Assembly (NCBI GenBank): GCA_963676565.1
Contig: OY781089.1
Coordinates: forward strand, 1,280,001-1,344,000
Origin: Halarcobacter sp.
GTDB lineage: Bacteria > Campylobacterota > Campylobacteria > Campylobacterales > Arcobacteraceae
Direction of reading: 5' to 3'
DNA length: 64,000 bases
Made by a program: the position numbers and the translations under genes. The notes under the pieces were generated by a model. It saw only the letters and a program-made list of their open reading frames with translations. It searched no databases and was not told the DNA's origin. Shown piece by piece: positions 11,488-21,982 of the stretch. The first letter of the stretch is position 1, and every line of letters begins with the position of its first letter.

Positions 11488-11524
11488 ATGAAGTCTTAGT
11501 TTACAGGTTCTAAGACTTCATTTT
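11488..11524 (+). terminator. Stem-loop / intrinsic terminator after accD
   Basis: ATGAAGTCTTAG...CTAAGACTTCAT followed by T-run. Confidence 0.7.
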
Positions 11525-11531
11525 CTAATTT

Positions 11532-11990
11532 ATGAATAAAATAAATATATACGCAATTGTAAAACCATCAAAAGATGAGTTTGACAAAATCTCCAACGAT
11601 TTTATAAAGATGTGTTTAAAATATGCAAAGGTTGAAGTACATTGTATTTTTAATAAAAATATTGCAAAAGCCCAAACAATATCTGAATCTGAAGCTCAAA
11701 AGTCATATACCCAAGCCTTTGAACCATATATGAAAGGTTACTGTATTGCCCTTGATGTTTTAGGAAAAAAGCTTGACAGCTTTGAGTTTTCAGAAATTAT
11801 TAGTAATAATAATGAAGTTAATTTTTTTATAGGTGGCGCATTTGGTTTTGAAAGAGATTTTTTAAAAAAATGCAATAAATCTATAAGTCTAAGTTCTTTA
11901 ACAATGGCTCATAAAATCGTTACTCTTGTATTACTTGAACAAGTTTTCAGAGGATTGGCAATAAAAAATAATCATCCATATCATAAGTAA
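11532..11990 (+). CDS. rlmH: 23S rRNA pseudouridine-1915 methyltransferase
   Basis: FFIGGAFG, SLSSLTMAH, LLEQVFR, HPYHK. Confidence 0.95.
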   Translation: MNKINIYAIVKPSKDEFDKISNDFIKMCLKYAKVEVHCIFNKNIAKAQTISESEAQKSYTQAFEPYMKGYCIALDVLGKKLDSFEFSEIISNNNEVNFFIGGAFGFERDFLKKCNKSISLSSLTMAHKIVTLVLLEQVFRGLAIKNNHPYHK

Positions 11991-12038
11991 TTTATGTAAA
12001 TTTCAGTATAATTGCGAAATTTTTTTATAGGGAAAAAT

Positions 12039-12392
12039 ATGGCTAACACAAAACAGATTGATGAGTTAAAGATAATCTTACAAGAAAGAAAAGAGAAAAT
12101 CACTAAGAATATTCAAGGAAGTAGGGACAGTATTGATTCTTTAAAAGATTCTGAATGTAAAGATGAGTATGATTATGCTGAAGTTTCTAGTGATAGTTTT
12201 AAAGAAGGTATTATTGCTAATCAGCAAATAAAAGAACTTGAAGAGATTGAGGCAGCGTTAAAAAGAATTGATAAAGGTACTTATGGTATTTGTGAGATGT
12301 GTGACGAGTCTATTGCAATTGGTAGATTAAGAGCTAAGCCTTTCGCTAAGTATTGTACACCTTGTAGAGAGATTCACGAAAAAGAACAATAA
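12039..12392 (+). CDS. dksA: DksA/TraR C4 zinc-finger protein
   Basis: DEYDYA, GTYGICEMC...RLRAKP...CTPC; ATG at 12039 preferred over TTG at 12012. Confidence 0.9.
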   Translation: MANTKQIDELKIILQERKEKITKNIQGSRDSIDSLKDSECKDEYDYAEVSSDSFKEGIIANQQIKELEEIEAALKRIDKGTYGICEMCDESIAIGRLRAKPFAKYCTPCREIHEKEQ

Positions 12393-12407
12393 AAAAAAGG
12401 ATTAAGC

Positions 12408-13418
12408 GTGGGACTTAAAAAATATATAGGATTTTCGTTATTATTGATTATTGCCGTAGGGCTTTATGTATTCAGTATTGAAAATGGAGATTATAGATTA
12501 ACATTCTTAGATTTTTCACTTTTACTACCAACTGTAATTTGGATACTAGTTCCACTAGTAATACTATTTATTTTTTCGGTTTTACACCTTTTATTTTATG
12601 GCTCAATAAACTATTGTAAAAATAGGTCATATATTAAAGATGAAGAAGCGATAATTGATGTTTTAAAATCAATGCTACTTCAAAAGAATGACAAAAAAAG
12701 ACTTAAGACTCCAGGTTTTAAAAATCTTAGTTCAATTTTAAAACAATTTAAACTTGAAGTTGGTGACTCAACATTTACTTCAACAAATGAAGGTTTAAAT
12801 TTAGTTGTTTCTCAAATTAAAGATATTAAAGCTGGAAAATACGTAAATGAAAAAACTCTTAAATTAGATCCAAATAGTGAACTTGCTAAACAAAATCTAA
12901 TTAATAAGATGAATGAACAACCTGATTTTTCGTTAGACATTCTAAAAAAATCAACTAACTATTCTACTGACATTGTTAATAAAGCTTTTGATAATGTTGT
13001 AGAAACAAAAACAATGACAACTATAAAAAAAGTTTATAACAATATCAAATTAGATAGAGAAAAAGCATATAAACTATTTTTAAAAGATATTGAAAATATT
13101 GAATTTGGTTTAACAAAAGAAGAGATTTTAAAAATTACAAAATCACTAAATTATACTCAAGAAGAATATGTTAATTTGGCAAGACTTTACAAAGAAGTTT
13201 TATCTCCAGATAAATTACTAGAGCTTTTTGAAACATTATCAAATGAAAATGATGAAGCTACAACTGCATATTTTTATGTTTTATGTGAGCTTGAAATGAT
13301 TGAAAAATTAAGAGATCTTTTAAGTGGATATAATGATGATGAGATGGTGCCATTTAGAGCTATTTTAGATCTAAAAGAGGCTGGTAAACACTACTCACTT
13401 GATGATATTATAATTTAA
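12408..13418 (+). CDS. Membrane-anchored hypothetical protein (two N-terminal TM segments)
   Basis: Hydrophobic N-terminus, RBS AAGGA, GTG start, operonic position. Confidence 0.75.
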   Translation: MGLKKYIGFSLLLIIAVGLYVFSIENGDYRLTFLDFSLLLPTVIWILVPLVILFIFSVLHLLFYGSINYCKNRSYIKDEEAIIDVLKSMLLQKNDKKRLKTPGFKNLSSILKQFKLEVGDSTFTSTNEGLNLVVSQIKDIKAGKYVNEKTLKLDPNSELAKQNLINKMNEQPDFSLDILKKSTNYSTDIVNKAFDNVVETKTMTTIKKVYNNIKLDREKAYKLFLKDIENIEFGLTKEEILKITKSLNYTQEEYVNLARLYKEVLSPDKLLELFETLSNENDEATTAYFYVLCELEMIEKLRDLLSGYNDDEMVPFRAILDLKEAGKHYSLDDIII

Positions 13419-13421
13419 TAT

Positions 13422-14354
13422 ATGACTAATAAAATTGATTTTAGCCAGCCCCTTATGGTGCTGGCTCCCCTTGCTGGATATACTGACTTACCCTTTCGTG
13501 CTGTTGTTAAAAAGTTTGGTGCAGATATTACAATATCTGAAATGATATCATCAAATGCTCTTGTTTATAAATCTGAAAAAACAAGAAAAATGATTGAGAA
13601 AGCACCATCTGAAGATCCATATATTGTGCAAATTGCAGGGAATAAACCTGAACTAGTTAGAGATGCTGTACAAATATTAAATGATATTGATGGTATTGAC
13701 GGCATTGATTTAAATTGTGGTTGTCCTGCTCCAAAAGTTTTTAATCATGGAAGTGGTTCTAACCTTTTAGGTGATTTGAAAAAGCTTGAGGAGATTTTAA
13801 CAACTGTAAAAAAATACAATAAAAAACAATACACTACAGCAAAAGTTAGAATTGGGGTAAATGAAAAAATACCAGTTGAAATTGCAAAAGTTGTTGAAGC
13901 TTGTGGGGTTGATTATATCGCTGTGCATGGAAGAACAAGAGCAGGTAAATATAAAGCACCAGTTGATTATGATGCAATAAAAGCTATGAAAGAAGCAGTT
14001 TCTATCCCTGTTATTGCAAATGGTGATATTACAGATTATGAGAAAGCAAAAGATGTTTTAGCTCATACAAATGCAGATGGTCTTATGATTGGAAGAGCTG
14101 CAATTGGAAAACCATGGATTTTTTATCAATTAAAATATGGTATTGAAAATATTACTGAAGAAAAGAAAAGAGAAATTATACTTGAACATTTTGATGAAGT
14201 TTTAAAGTTTCATGGAGAACATGGAGCAATTATGTTTAGAAAACTTCTTCACTCTTACTCTAAAGGCTATAAAGGTGCAGCTGAATTTAGAGATATTATA
14301 AATCGTGTAAATGATAAACAAATTATGCGGGATATGATAGAAAACTTTTTTTAA
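13422..14354 (+). CDS. dusB: tRNA-dihydrouridine synthase
   Basis: LAPLAGYTD, IDLNCGCP, VHGRT, ANGDI. Confidence 0.92.
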   Translation: MTNKIDFSQPLMVLAPLAGYTDLPFRAVVKKFGADITISEMISSNALVYKSEKTRKMIEKAPSEDPYIVQIAGNKPELVRDAVQILNDIDGIDGIDLNCGCPAPKVFNHGSGSNLLGDLKKLEEILTTVKKYNKKQYTTAKVRIGVNEKIPVEIAKVVEACGVDYIAVHGRTRAGKYKAPVDYDAIKAMKEAVSIPVIANGDITDYEKAKDVLAHTNADGLMIGRAAIGKPWIFYQLKYGIENITEEKKREIILEHFDEVLKFHGEHGAIMFRKLLHSYSKGYKGAAEFRDIINRVNDKQIMRDMIENFF

Positions 14355-14397
14355 AAACTTTTTAGATAGAATATTAAACTTTTTACAAAGGAAATAT

Positions 14398-15204
14398 TTG
14401 CCTGAATATTATTATGAATTAATTATTAAACCTTCAAATAACTATGAAATATTTGTTGATCTTTTAACATCTCTAACTGGCGATGCAATTGAAGAGTTGG
14501 ATGACACAATTATTGCAAGAAGTGAAGAGGACTTAAGTGATGTAGAGTTTGGGATAAAACAGTTCTCAAAGGCTACTAATATAGAGTGTGAAACTATATT
14601 GTCAAAAAAAGAAAATATCGATTGGATAAAAAAATATCAAGAATCAGTTAAATCAATTGAGATTGATAGATTTTACATAAGACCATCTTGGGAAGAGCCT
14701 AAAGAGGATAAAATAAATATTATCATTGATCCTGCTTTATCTTTTGGTTCAGGTCACCATGAAACAACATACAGTTGTATAAAAGCAATCAATAAATATG
14801 TTGATGACAAAAAAAATGTTTTAGATGTAGGAACAGGAAGTGGTATTTTAGCATTAGCTGCAAAGAAACTAGGTGCTACAGTTGATGTATGTGATACAGA
14901 TGAAGTTTGTGTAAAAGATACAAAATCAAATTTTGAATTAAATAATGAGACATTTGATGATTCATGGTTAGGTAGCGCAAATAATGCAACAAAAAAATAT
15001 GATGTAGTTATTGCAAATATTGTTGCTGATGTTTTAGTCTTCATATCAAATGATTTAAAGAAATGCTTAAATGATGATGCTATTTTAATTGTATCAGGGA
15101 TATTGGATAAACATATTGATAAGGTTTTAAGGAAATTTCAAGACTTAAAACAACTAGAACTTATTCAAAAAAATGAATGGGTTACTGTAGTATTTAAAAA
15201 ATAA
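14398..15204 (+). CDS. prmA: Ribosomal protein L11 methyltransferase
   Basis: DPALSFGSGHHETT, LDVGTGSGIL, ANIVADV. Confidence 0.96.
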   Translation: MPEYYYELIIKPSNNYEIFVDLLTSLTGDAIEELDDTIIARSEEDLSDVEFGIKQFSKATNIECETILSKKENIDWIKKYQESVKSIEIDRFYIRPSWEEPKEDKINIIIDPALSFGSGHHETTYSCIKAINKYVDDKKNVLDVGTGSGILALAAKKLGATVDVCDTDEVCVKDTKSNFELNNETFDDSWLGSANNATKKYDVVIANIVADVLVFISNDLKKCLNDDAILIVSGILDKHIDKVLRKFQDLKQLELIQKNEWVTVVFKK

Positions 15205-15219
15205 AGGGAGTTATATTTA

Positions 15220-17304
15220 ATGAAAGACAAAAACAACAAAAATGGTGGAGATAATAACAATAATTTTTTTAATAACAATCCACTTTTAGTATTTGTAATT
15301 TTTTCTATAGTTACAATTTTTGTGTTTAAAGCAATTTTTCCAGAGGGAAGTTCAAGCCCTATGGATACACAAACAAGTTCATCTGCATTTGGACAAGCTG
15401 CTAAAAAAACAGTTCCATATTCTGATTTAAAGAAATTAATTGAAAATGGACAAATTGAGTATGTAGGTATTGGTAACACACAAATTAAAGCTGTTAGTAA
15501 ACCTTCAGGTGGAAAAGTTACAACTTATACAGCAAGAAGAGTTATACCTGATGAAACATTAGTTCCTAGTTTAGAGAAAAAAGGTATTGCTTATGGTGGA
15601 ATTAATGAAGAAAATCTAATTGCAGACATTCTTTTTGGATGGGTATTGCCAATTTTTATCTTCTTTGCTATTTGGATGTTCTTAGCAAAAAGAATGTCAA
15701 AATCAATGGGTGGAGGTTCAGGAGGAATCCTTGGAATTGGAAGCTCTAAAAAAATGATTAATTCTGAAAAACCAAATGTAAAATTTGATGATATGGCAGG
15801 AAATGTAGAAGCAAAAGAAGAGGTTCAAGAGGTTGTTGATTTCCTTTCTGACCCTGATAGATATGTTAAACTTGGAGCACAAATCCCTAAAGGTGTGCTT
15901 TTAGTAGGACCTCCTGGAACAGGTAAAACATTACTTGCAAAAGCAGTTGCCGGAGAAGCTAGTGTTGAATTCCTATCTGTTTCAGGTTCTGCATTTATTG
16001 AGATGTTTGTAGGTGTTGGTGCATCGAGAGTTAGAGATTTATTTGAACAAGCAAAAAAAGTTGCACCTGCAATTATTTTTATTGATGAGATTGATGCCAT
16101 TGGTAAAAGTAGAGCTAGTGGTGGACCAATGGGTGGCAATGATGAAAGAGAGCAAACATTAAATCAGCTTTTAGCTGAAATGGATGGTTTCTCAACTGAA
16201 AGTGCACCAGTTATTGTACTAGCAGCTACAAATAGACCAGAAGTTTTAGACCCAGCATTATTAAGACCAGGAAGATTTGATAGACAAGTACTTGTTGATA
16301 AGCCTGATTTTGAAGGTAGAAAAGAAATTTTACAAGTTCATATCAAAAAAGTTAAACTTGGTCGTGATGTTGACTTAGTTGAAGTAGCTAAAATGACTGC
16401 AGGTCTTGCTGGAGCGGATTTAGCAAATATTGTAAACGAAGCAGCACTATTAGCTGGTAGAGGAAAAAAAGAAGAGGTTTCGGCAAGTCATTTTAAAGAA
16501 GCAGTTGAAAGACAAATTGCTGGACTTGAAAAGAAATCAAGAAGAATCTCTCCAAAAGAAAGAAAAATTGTTGCATACCATGAATCTGGACATGCTGTTA
16601 TTGCAGAAATTACAAAGGGTGCTAAAAAAGTAAATAAAGTATCTATTGTTCCAAGAGGTCTTGCAGCACTAGGTTATACATTAAATACTCCAGAAGAGAA
16701 TAAATACTTAATGCAAAAACATGAGTTAATTGCTGAAGTTGATGTTTTACTTGGAGGTCGTGCAGCCGAACAAGTATTTATTGGTGAAATAAGTACTGGT
16801 GCAGGAAATGACTTAGAAAGAGCAACTGATATTATTAAATCTATGGCTTCTGTATATGGTATGAGTGATATTGCAGGTCTTATGGTTTTAGAAAAAAGAA
16901 CTAATCAGTTCTTAGGTGGTCAAACACAAAAAGATTTCTCTGATGAAATGGCTAAAAATCTAGATAGGTATGTAATTGATTTACTAAATGAAAGATATGA
17001 AGTTGTATTAAAGTCTTTAGAAGATAATAGAGATGCCATTGAAGAGATGACAGCTGAGTTATTGGATGTTGAAGTTATTTCAGGAGCTAGAGTTAGAGAA
17101 TTAATTAAAGCTCATGGTGGAGTGGTTTTTGAAGAAGAGGATTTACATTCTGGTGCAATAGATGAAGAAACAAATGAAGAGAAAGATCCCCATACTCCTG
17201 AAAATGATGGTGAAGAAAAAAACCTAGATACAAATGAAAATAGTGAAGAAAAAACTGAAACTTCAGAAGAAGTATCTGAAAATAGTGAAGATAAAAAAGA
17301 ATAA
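15220..17304 (+). CDS. ftsH: ATP-dependent zinc metalloprotease FtsH
   Basis: GPPGTGKT, DEIDA, HESGH, two TM segments. Confidence 0.99.
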   Translation: MKDKNNKNGGDNNNNFFNNNPLLVFVIFSIVTIFVFKAIFPEGSSSPMDTQTSSSAFGQAAKKTVPYSDLKKLIENGQIEYVGIGNTQIKAVSKPSGGKVTTYTARRVIPDETLVPSLEKKGIAYGGINEENLIADILFGWVLPIFIFFAIWMFLAKRMSKSMGGGSGGILGIGSSKKMINSEKPNVKFDDMAGNVEAKEEVQEVVDFLSDPDRYVKLGAQIPKGVLLVGPPGTGKTLLAKAVAGEASVEFLSVSGSAFIEMFVGVGASRVRDLFEQAKKVAPAIIFIDEIDAIGKSRASGGPMGGNDEREQTLNQLLAEMDGFSTESAPVIVLAATNRPEVLDPALLRPGRFDRQVLVDKPDFEGRKEILQVHIKKVKLGRDVDLVEVAKMTAGLAGADLANIVNEAALLAGRGKKEEVSASHFKEAVERQIAGLEKKSRRISPKERKIVAYHESGHAVIAEITKGAKKVNKVSIVPRGLAALGYTLNTPEENKYLMQKHELIAEVDVLLGGRAAEQVFIGEISTGAGNDLERATDIIKSMASVYGMSDIAGLMVLEKRTNQFLGGQTQKDFSDEMAKNLDRYVIDLLNERYEVVLKSLEDNRDAIEEMTAELLDVEVISGARVRELIKAHGGVVFEEEDLHSGAIDEETNEEKDPHTPENDGEEKNLDTNENSEEKTETSEEVSENSEDKKE

Positions 17305-17306
17305 TT

Positions 17307-17897
17307 ATGTTTGATAATATGATAGCAAAAGAGGGACACAAGAAAATTTTAGTGGCATTTATTGCCTTTTTGTTTTTTACAGTTTTAGAGTGTGGTTTAT
17401 TAACCTTTATCTCTTTTGCATCATTTATCTTCTTCCTTTATGCCTATAGGTATAAATATATAGATTTTAATACTTTAGAAAAGAATAAAATCTATGCACC
17501 TATATCAGGAAAAATTTCAGCTATAGATGTAAAAGATTTTAAAAAATCTATTTATATAGATGTTTCTTTATGTGATTCTCATATTTTAAGAAGTTTAGAC
17601 TCTGGTTTAGTAAAAATTAAAATTAAATATGGTCTTAATTTAGTTTTATCTTCACTTAGAGCAAAAAAACTTAACAGTAAAGCAATCTTTGAATATAAAG
17701 ATACAAAAATGGAAATTATTTCATCTTTATTTAATGACTCAATTGAAATAGAAAAAAAAGATGAATTTATCAAAGGTGAAAAAATAGGGACATTTTTAAA
17801 TGGACAAGTGATTATCACTTTAGATGAAAAATATGAAACTAACTTAAAGATAGGGCAGAAAGTAGAATCTGGTATTACTATTTTGGCAATAAAATAA
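17307..17897 (+). CDS. Phosphatidylserine decarboxylase-related membrane protein (probably non-catalytic)
   Basis: YAPISGKI and GQKVESG Psd-like blocks, position after ftsH; no (F)GS cleavage motif. Confidence 0.7.
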   Translation: MFDNMIAKEGHKKILVAFIAFLFFTVLECGLLTFISFASFIFFLYAYRYKYIDFNTLEKNKIYAPISGKISAIDVKDFKKSIYIDVSLCDSHILRSLDSGLVKIKIKYGLNLVLSSLRAKKLNSKAIFEYKDTKMEIISSLFNDSIEIEKKDEFIKGEKIGTFLNGQVIITLDEKYETNLKIGQKVESGITILAIK

Positions 17898-17904
17898 TAA
17901 ATCC

Positions 17905-17933
17905 TTGACAAAGAGAAATAAACACATTATAAT
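17905..17933 (+). promoter_or_regulatory. sigma70 promoter of leu leader/leuA
   Basis: TTGACA (17905-17910), 17 nt spacer, TATAAT (17928-17933). Confidence 0.9.
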
Positions 17934-17962
17934 TTCTAACTTAAAACTTATAGGAGAGTAAA

Positions 17963-18040
17963 ATGAAAATATTTGATTTTTATAATAACCATTTCATCAA
18001 AAGTGTTAACTCTCTGCTGCTTCTTACAAAATCACTCTAA
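17963..18040 (+). CDS. Leucine leader peptide MKIFDFYNNHFIKSVNSLLLLTKSL
   Basis: AGGAGA RBS; four consecutive Leu codons CTG CTG CTT CTT; between a consensus promoter and leuA. Confidence 0.85.
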   Translation: MKIFDFYNNHFIKSVNSLLLLTKSL

Positions 18041-18135
18041 TATTTAATTATAAATATTTAAAATAATCAAAATACAGTTTTTCTTTTTTTATAGAAAAAA
18101 AGATATAATAATCGACTTTTTAAAAGGTAATAACA

Positions 18136-19689
18136 ATGGATAAAAATAAAATTATAGTTTTTGATACAACTTTAAGGGATGGTGAACAATCGCCAGGTTG
18201 TTCTATGAATACAGAAGAGAAAATTAAAGTTGCATTACAGTTAGAAAAATTAGGTGTAGATGTAATTGAGGCAGGATTTGCAGCGGCAAGTCCAGGTGAT
18301 TTTGATGCTGTTAGTAGAATTGCAGAGATTGTTAAAAACTCTTCAATTTGTTCTTTATCAAGAGCAATAGAAAATGATATTAAACAATCTGGTTTAGCAG
18401 TTTCAAAAGCTCCATTACATAGAATTCACACATTTATTGCTACTTCACCAATTCATATGAAGTACAAATTAAAAATGGAGCCTGATGAAGTTATTAAAAG
18501 AGCAGTACATGCTGTCGAATATGCAAGAACATTTGTTGATGACGTAGAGTTTTCTTTAGAAGATGCAGGTCGTTCAGAAATATCATTTATGAAAGAGGTT
18601 ATGGATGCGGTAATAGCTGCTGGTGCTTCAACAATTAACTTACCTGATACTGTTGGATATAGATTACCAACTGAATTAGGTGCTATGGTTAAAGAATTAT
18701 CTGATTTTGCAGGAGATAGAGCAATAATCTCAGTTCACAATCATAATGACTTAGGTTTAGCAACAGCCAACACTTTATCCGCTGTTATTAATGGTGCAAG
18801 ACAAATAGAAGTTACAATTAATGGTTTAGGTGAAAGAGCAGGAAATTCATCTTTAGAAGAGGCTGTTATGGCAATTAAAACTAGAAAAGATGCATTTGGT
18901 GAACTTTATACAACTATTAATACTCCGGAGATTTACCCAACATCTAGATTAGTTGCTACAATTACTGGTGTTGAACCACAACAAAATAAAGCAATTGTTG
19001 GTAAAAATGCCTTTGCTCACGAAAGTGGTATTCACCAAGATGGTGTATTAAAACACCAAGAGACATATGAGATTATGAAACCTGAAGATGTAGGTGTTTA
19101 TAAAGATTCTACATTAATTTTAGGTAAACATAGTGGTAGAGCAGCATTTAGAGATAAAATTAATCATTTAGGTTTTGATAAAGTTAGTGATGAAGAGTTA
19201 AATGCAGCTTTTGAAAGATTTAAAGTATTAGCAGATAAGAAAAAAGAAGTTACTGATGATGATGTAAGAATGTTAATTACTGATGAATCTTTAAATCAAG
19301 ATAAGACTTATGAATTAATTGGTTTACAAATCTCTGATTGTTCATCAGGTACTCCAATGGCAGCAGTTACAATTAAACATAAAGATGAGATTTTAAGTGA
19401 TGCAAATATTGGTGATGGAACAATGGATGCAATCTTTAAAACAATTGATAGATTAACGGGGATTTCTGGTGATTTACAAAGCTATAATGTAACTTCTGTA
19501 ACAGAAGGTAAAGATGCATTAGCAAAAGTTACAACCAGAATTGCCTTTGAAAAAAACACTCCATCTTTTGTTGGACATGGATTAAGTATTGATACTATGC
19601 TTGCAACCGCAAAAGCTTATTTAGGAGCTGTTAACTCTTATCTTTCTCAAAAAGAAAGATTATCTAAAAAAACAGAACATCAAGTATAA
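18136..19689 (+). CDS. leuA: 2-isopropylmalate synthase
   Basis: [36 protein letters not shown]. Confidence 0.98.
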   Translation: MDKNKIIVFDTTLRDGEQSPGCSMNTEEKIKVALQLEKLGVDVIEAGFAAASPGDFDAVSRIAEIVKNSSICSLSRAIENDIKQSGLAVSKAPLHRIHTFIATSPIHMKYKLKMEPDEVIKRAVHAVEYARTFVDDVEFSLEDAGRSEISFMKEVMDAVIAAGASTINLPDTVGYRLPTELGAMVKELSDFAGDRAIISVHNHNDLGLATANTLSAVINGARQIEVTINGLGERAGNSSLEEAVMAIKTRKDAFGELYTTINTPEIYPTSRLVATITGVEPQQNKAIVGKNAFAHESGIHQDGVLKHQETYEIMKPEDVGVYKDSTLILGKHSGRAAFRDKINHLGFDKVSDEELNAAFERFKVLADKKKEVTDDDVRMLITDESLNQDKTYELIGLQISDCSSGTPMAAVTIKHKDEILSDANIGDGTMDAIFKTIDRLTGISGDLQSYNVTSVTEGKDALAKVTTRIAFEKNTPSFVGHGLSIDTMLATAKAYLGAVNSYLSQKERLSKKTEHQV

Positions 19690-19690
19690 G

Positions 19691-19711
19691 AGAGTACGGG
19701 AGTACTCTTTT
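19691..19711 (+). terminator. Intrinsic terminator after leuA
   Basis: AGAGTAC-GGGA-GTACTCT-TTT. Confidence 0.75.
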
Positions 19712-19716
19712 ATACT

Positions 19717-21270
19717 ATGAATAATATTCTTATATCCTTATCTTATAAAATTCAATCCTCAAGAGGATATAAGAGTTTTAAAAATTTTACTTATTCAATT
19801 TTAGAAGACAACTCATTCAAGTATAAAAAATACTTTGATATTTTTATGATTTTTTTAGTACTTAGTACTATTGGAATTTTAATTTTTGAAGTAAATCATC
19901 CAAAACAAGCAATATTTGATAAATTTGAATTTTTTGCAATTGTTATATTTATCATAGAATGGTTAGGAAGATTGTGGGTTTCTTCTGATATGCATACTGT
20001 AATAATAGACGATTTTGAAAAAGCAAATCTAACTGATAAAAAATATTATGTTATAAAATCATTAAAAAAAATTGCTTATCAAAAATTTGATTTTATACTA
20101 TCTCCTATGTCTATTATTGATCTACTTGCTATTTTACCTTATTATAGACCATTAAGAGTTCTTAGAATATTTCTTCTTTTTAGACTATTTAAAATATTAA
20201 GATATACAAATTCAGTAAAACAATTTGGAGAGATATTCAAAGAAAGAAAGTTTGAGTTTTTAACACTGTCAATGCTTTATGTAATGGTTGTATTTTTTAG
20301 TTCAACTATTATGTATATTTATGAAGGCTCAGGTGTAAATGACAAAGTTACAAGCTTTCTCGATGCAATTTACTGGTCAATAATTACTCTATCAACTGTT
20401 GGTTATGGAGATATTACTCCCATGACTATAGAAGGAAAGGCAGTAACGTTAGTTTTAACTATTAGTGGATTTTTAGTAATTGCTTTTGGTACTTCTATTA
20501 TTACCACAGGACTTAGTGATAGGATGCAAGTAATCAAAGAAAATAGAGTTGAATCAGAAGTTTCTAAAATGAGTAACTTTATTGTTCTTTGTGGTTATGG
20601 AATTATGGGAAAAAACCTTGCAGAACAGCTTATAAAATTAAAAACAAAGTTTTTAATCCTTGATATTGATAATAAAAACGTAACAGAAGCTAGAAAAAAT
20701 GGCTATTTATGTTTAAATGCAGATGCAACGAACATGGAAACTCTTCAAAATGTTGGAATTGGTAATGGTGCTACAACTATTATTGCACTTACAAGTGATG
20801 ATGCAGTAAATTTATCTATCATTTTAAGTGCAAGAACACTAGATAAAAAAATAAATATTATTTCAAGAGTTAATAGACTTCAATCAAAATCAAAACTTAA
20901 AATTGCAGGAGCAAATCATGTAATTTCAGCAGATGATATTACTTCATATGTTGCAACTGAATATGTAGGTCAACCCGTTGCTTTTGAAGCTATTGATGAG
21001 ATTTTGTTAAATGATGATATTGGTGCAAATGTAGATGAAATAGAAGTTTTAGAAAATTCAAATTTCATTGATTATTCACTTGATAGAATTGATTTTAAAA
21101 AATATAATTTAACACTAATAGGAATAGTTGATAAAGAAAGAAATTTTATTTTTAATCCTGTAAATAAGGCTCATGTTATTAGAGAAAAAGATATATTTAT
21201 TATTATTGGATATCCAGAAGATATTGTTGAGCTTAAAATTGATTTGATTAACTTAAAGCCAAAGGTTTAA
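19717..21270 (+). CDS. Voltage-gated-type potassium channel with RCK (TrkA-N/C) domains
   Basis: S4-like RPLRVLRIFLLFRLFK, TVGYGD filter, CGYGIMG. Confidence 0.93.
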   Translation: MNNILISLSYKIQSSRGYKSFKNFTYSILEDNSFKYKKYFDIFMIFLVLSTIGILIFEVNHPKQAIFDKFEFFAIVIFIIEWLGRLWVSSDMHTVIIDDFEKANLTDKKYYVIKSLKKIAYQKFDFILSPMSIIDLLAILPYYRPLRVLRIFLLFRLFKILRYTNSVKQFGEIFKERKFEFLTLSMLYVMVVFFSSTIMYIYEGSGVNDKVTSFLDAIYWSIITLSTVGYGDITPMTIEGKAVTLVLTISGFLVIAFGTSIITTGLSDRMQVIKENRVESEVSKMSNFIVLCGYGIMGKNLAEQLIKLKTKFLILDIDNKNVTEARKNGYLCLNADATNMETLQNVGIGNGATTIIALTSDDAVNLSIILSARTLDKKINIISRVNRLQSKSKLKIAGANHVISADDITSYVATEYVGQPVAFEAIDEILLNDDIGANVDEIEVLENSNFIDYSLDRIDFKKYNLTLIGIVDKERNFIFNPVNKAHVIREKDIFIIIGYPEDIVELKIDLINLKPKV

Positions 21271-21271
21271 T

Positions 21272-21982
21272 ATGAGTTCAAAAATTATAATTTATGGATA
21301 TGAATCTTTAGGCTATAAAATAGCAAAACTTTTAGAAAAAAAAGATTATGAAATTATAATTGTAGATCCTATACAATCAAATTATGAGAAGGCCTTAGAA
21401 AATGGTTTTAAAAGTTATAATTATGATTTGATGGATGATGAACAATTACTTGATTTAGGAATTAAAAAAGATATAGATGCAATATTTTGTTTAAGTAAAT
21501 CAGAAAACAATAATTTATTTGTTGTTTTATCTAGTAGAAACTTAAATAAAAAACTAAAAATAATCTCCCTATCAAGTACTAAGCAAAGTAGTAAAAAAAT
21601 GATTCTTGCTGGGGCTTCAAAAGTTTTAAATCCTTATGAAGTTGGAGCTTTAAGAATTTTTAGACTTTTACACAGACCTTTGATATTAGAAGTACTAGAT
21701 AATATTTTATTTAATAAAACAGATTTAAAGGTAATAGAATACCCTATAACAAAAGATTCAATTCTAAATGAAAAGTTTGTAGAAGAGGTTGATTTTTCAA
21801 GAAGGTATAATTTAGTCCTAGTAGGAATTATGGATAAAGAACTTAGTGAAAAATTTATATTTAACTCAAAAGGGATTAATCACAAAATCGATGAAGGCGA
21901 TACTCTCGTTTTAATTGGTTATCAAAAAGATTTAGATATATTTAAAGAATTAACTAGGGGCATAGAAGGGGATAATGTATGA
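21272..21982 (+). CDS. TrkA-family NAD-binding (RCK) regulatory subunit
   Basis: IIYGYESLG Rossmann motif, AGASKVLNP, C-terminal TrkA-C. Confidence 0.88.
   Translation: MSSKIIIYGYESLGYKIAKLLEKKDYEIIIVDPIQSNYEKALENGFKSYNYDLMDDEQLLDLGIKKDIDAIFCLSKSENNNLFVVLSSRNLNKKLKIISLSSTKQSSKKMILAGASKVLNPYEVGALRIFRLLHRPLILEVLDNILFNKTDLKVIEYPITKDSILNEKFVEEVDFSRRYNLVLVGIMDKELSEKFIFNSKGINHKIDEGDTLVLIGYQKDLDIFKELTRGIEGDNV

Noticed and set aside
15229..15279. AAT/AAC-rich stretch at the ftsH 5' end as a contingency repeat
   Set aside because: Imperfect, in-frame low-complexity Asn-rich coding sequence, not a phase-variable tract.
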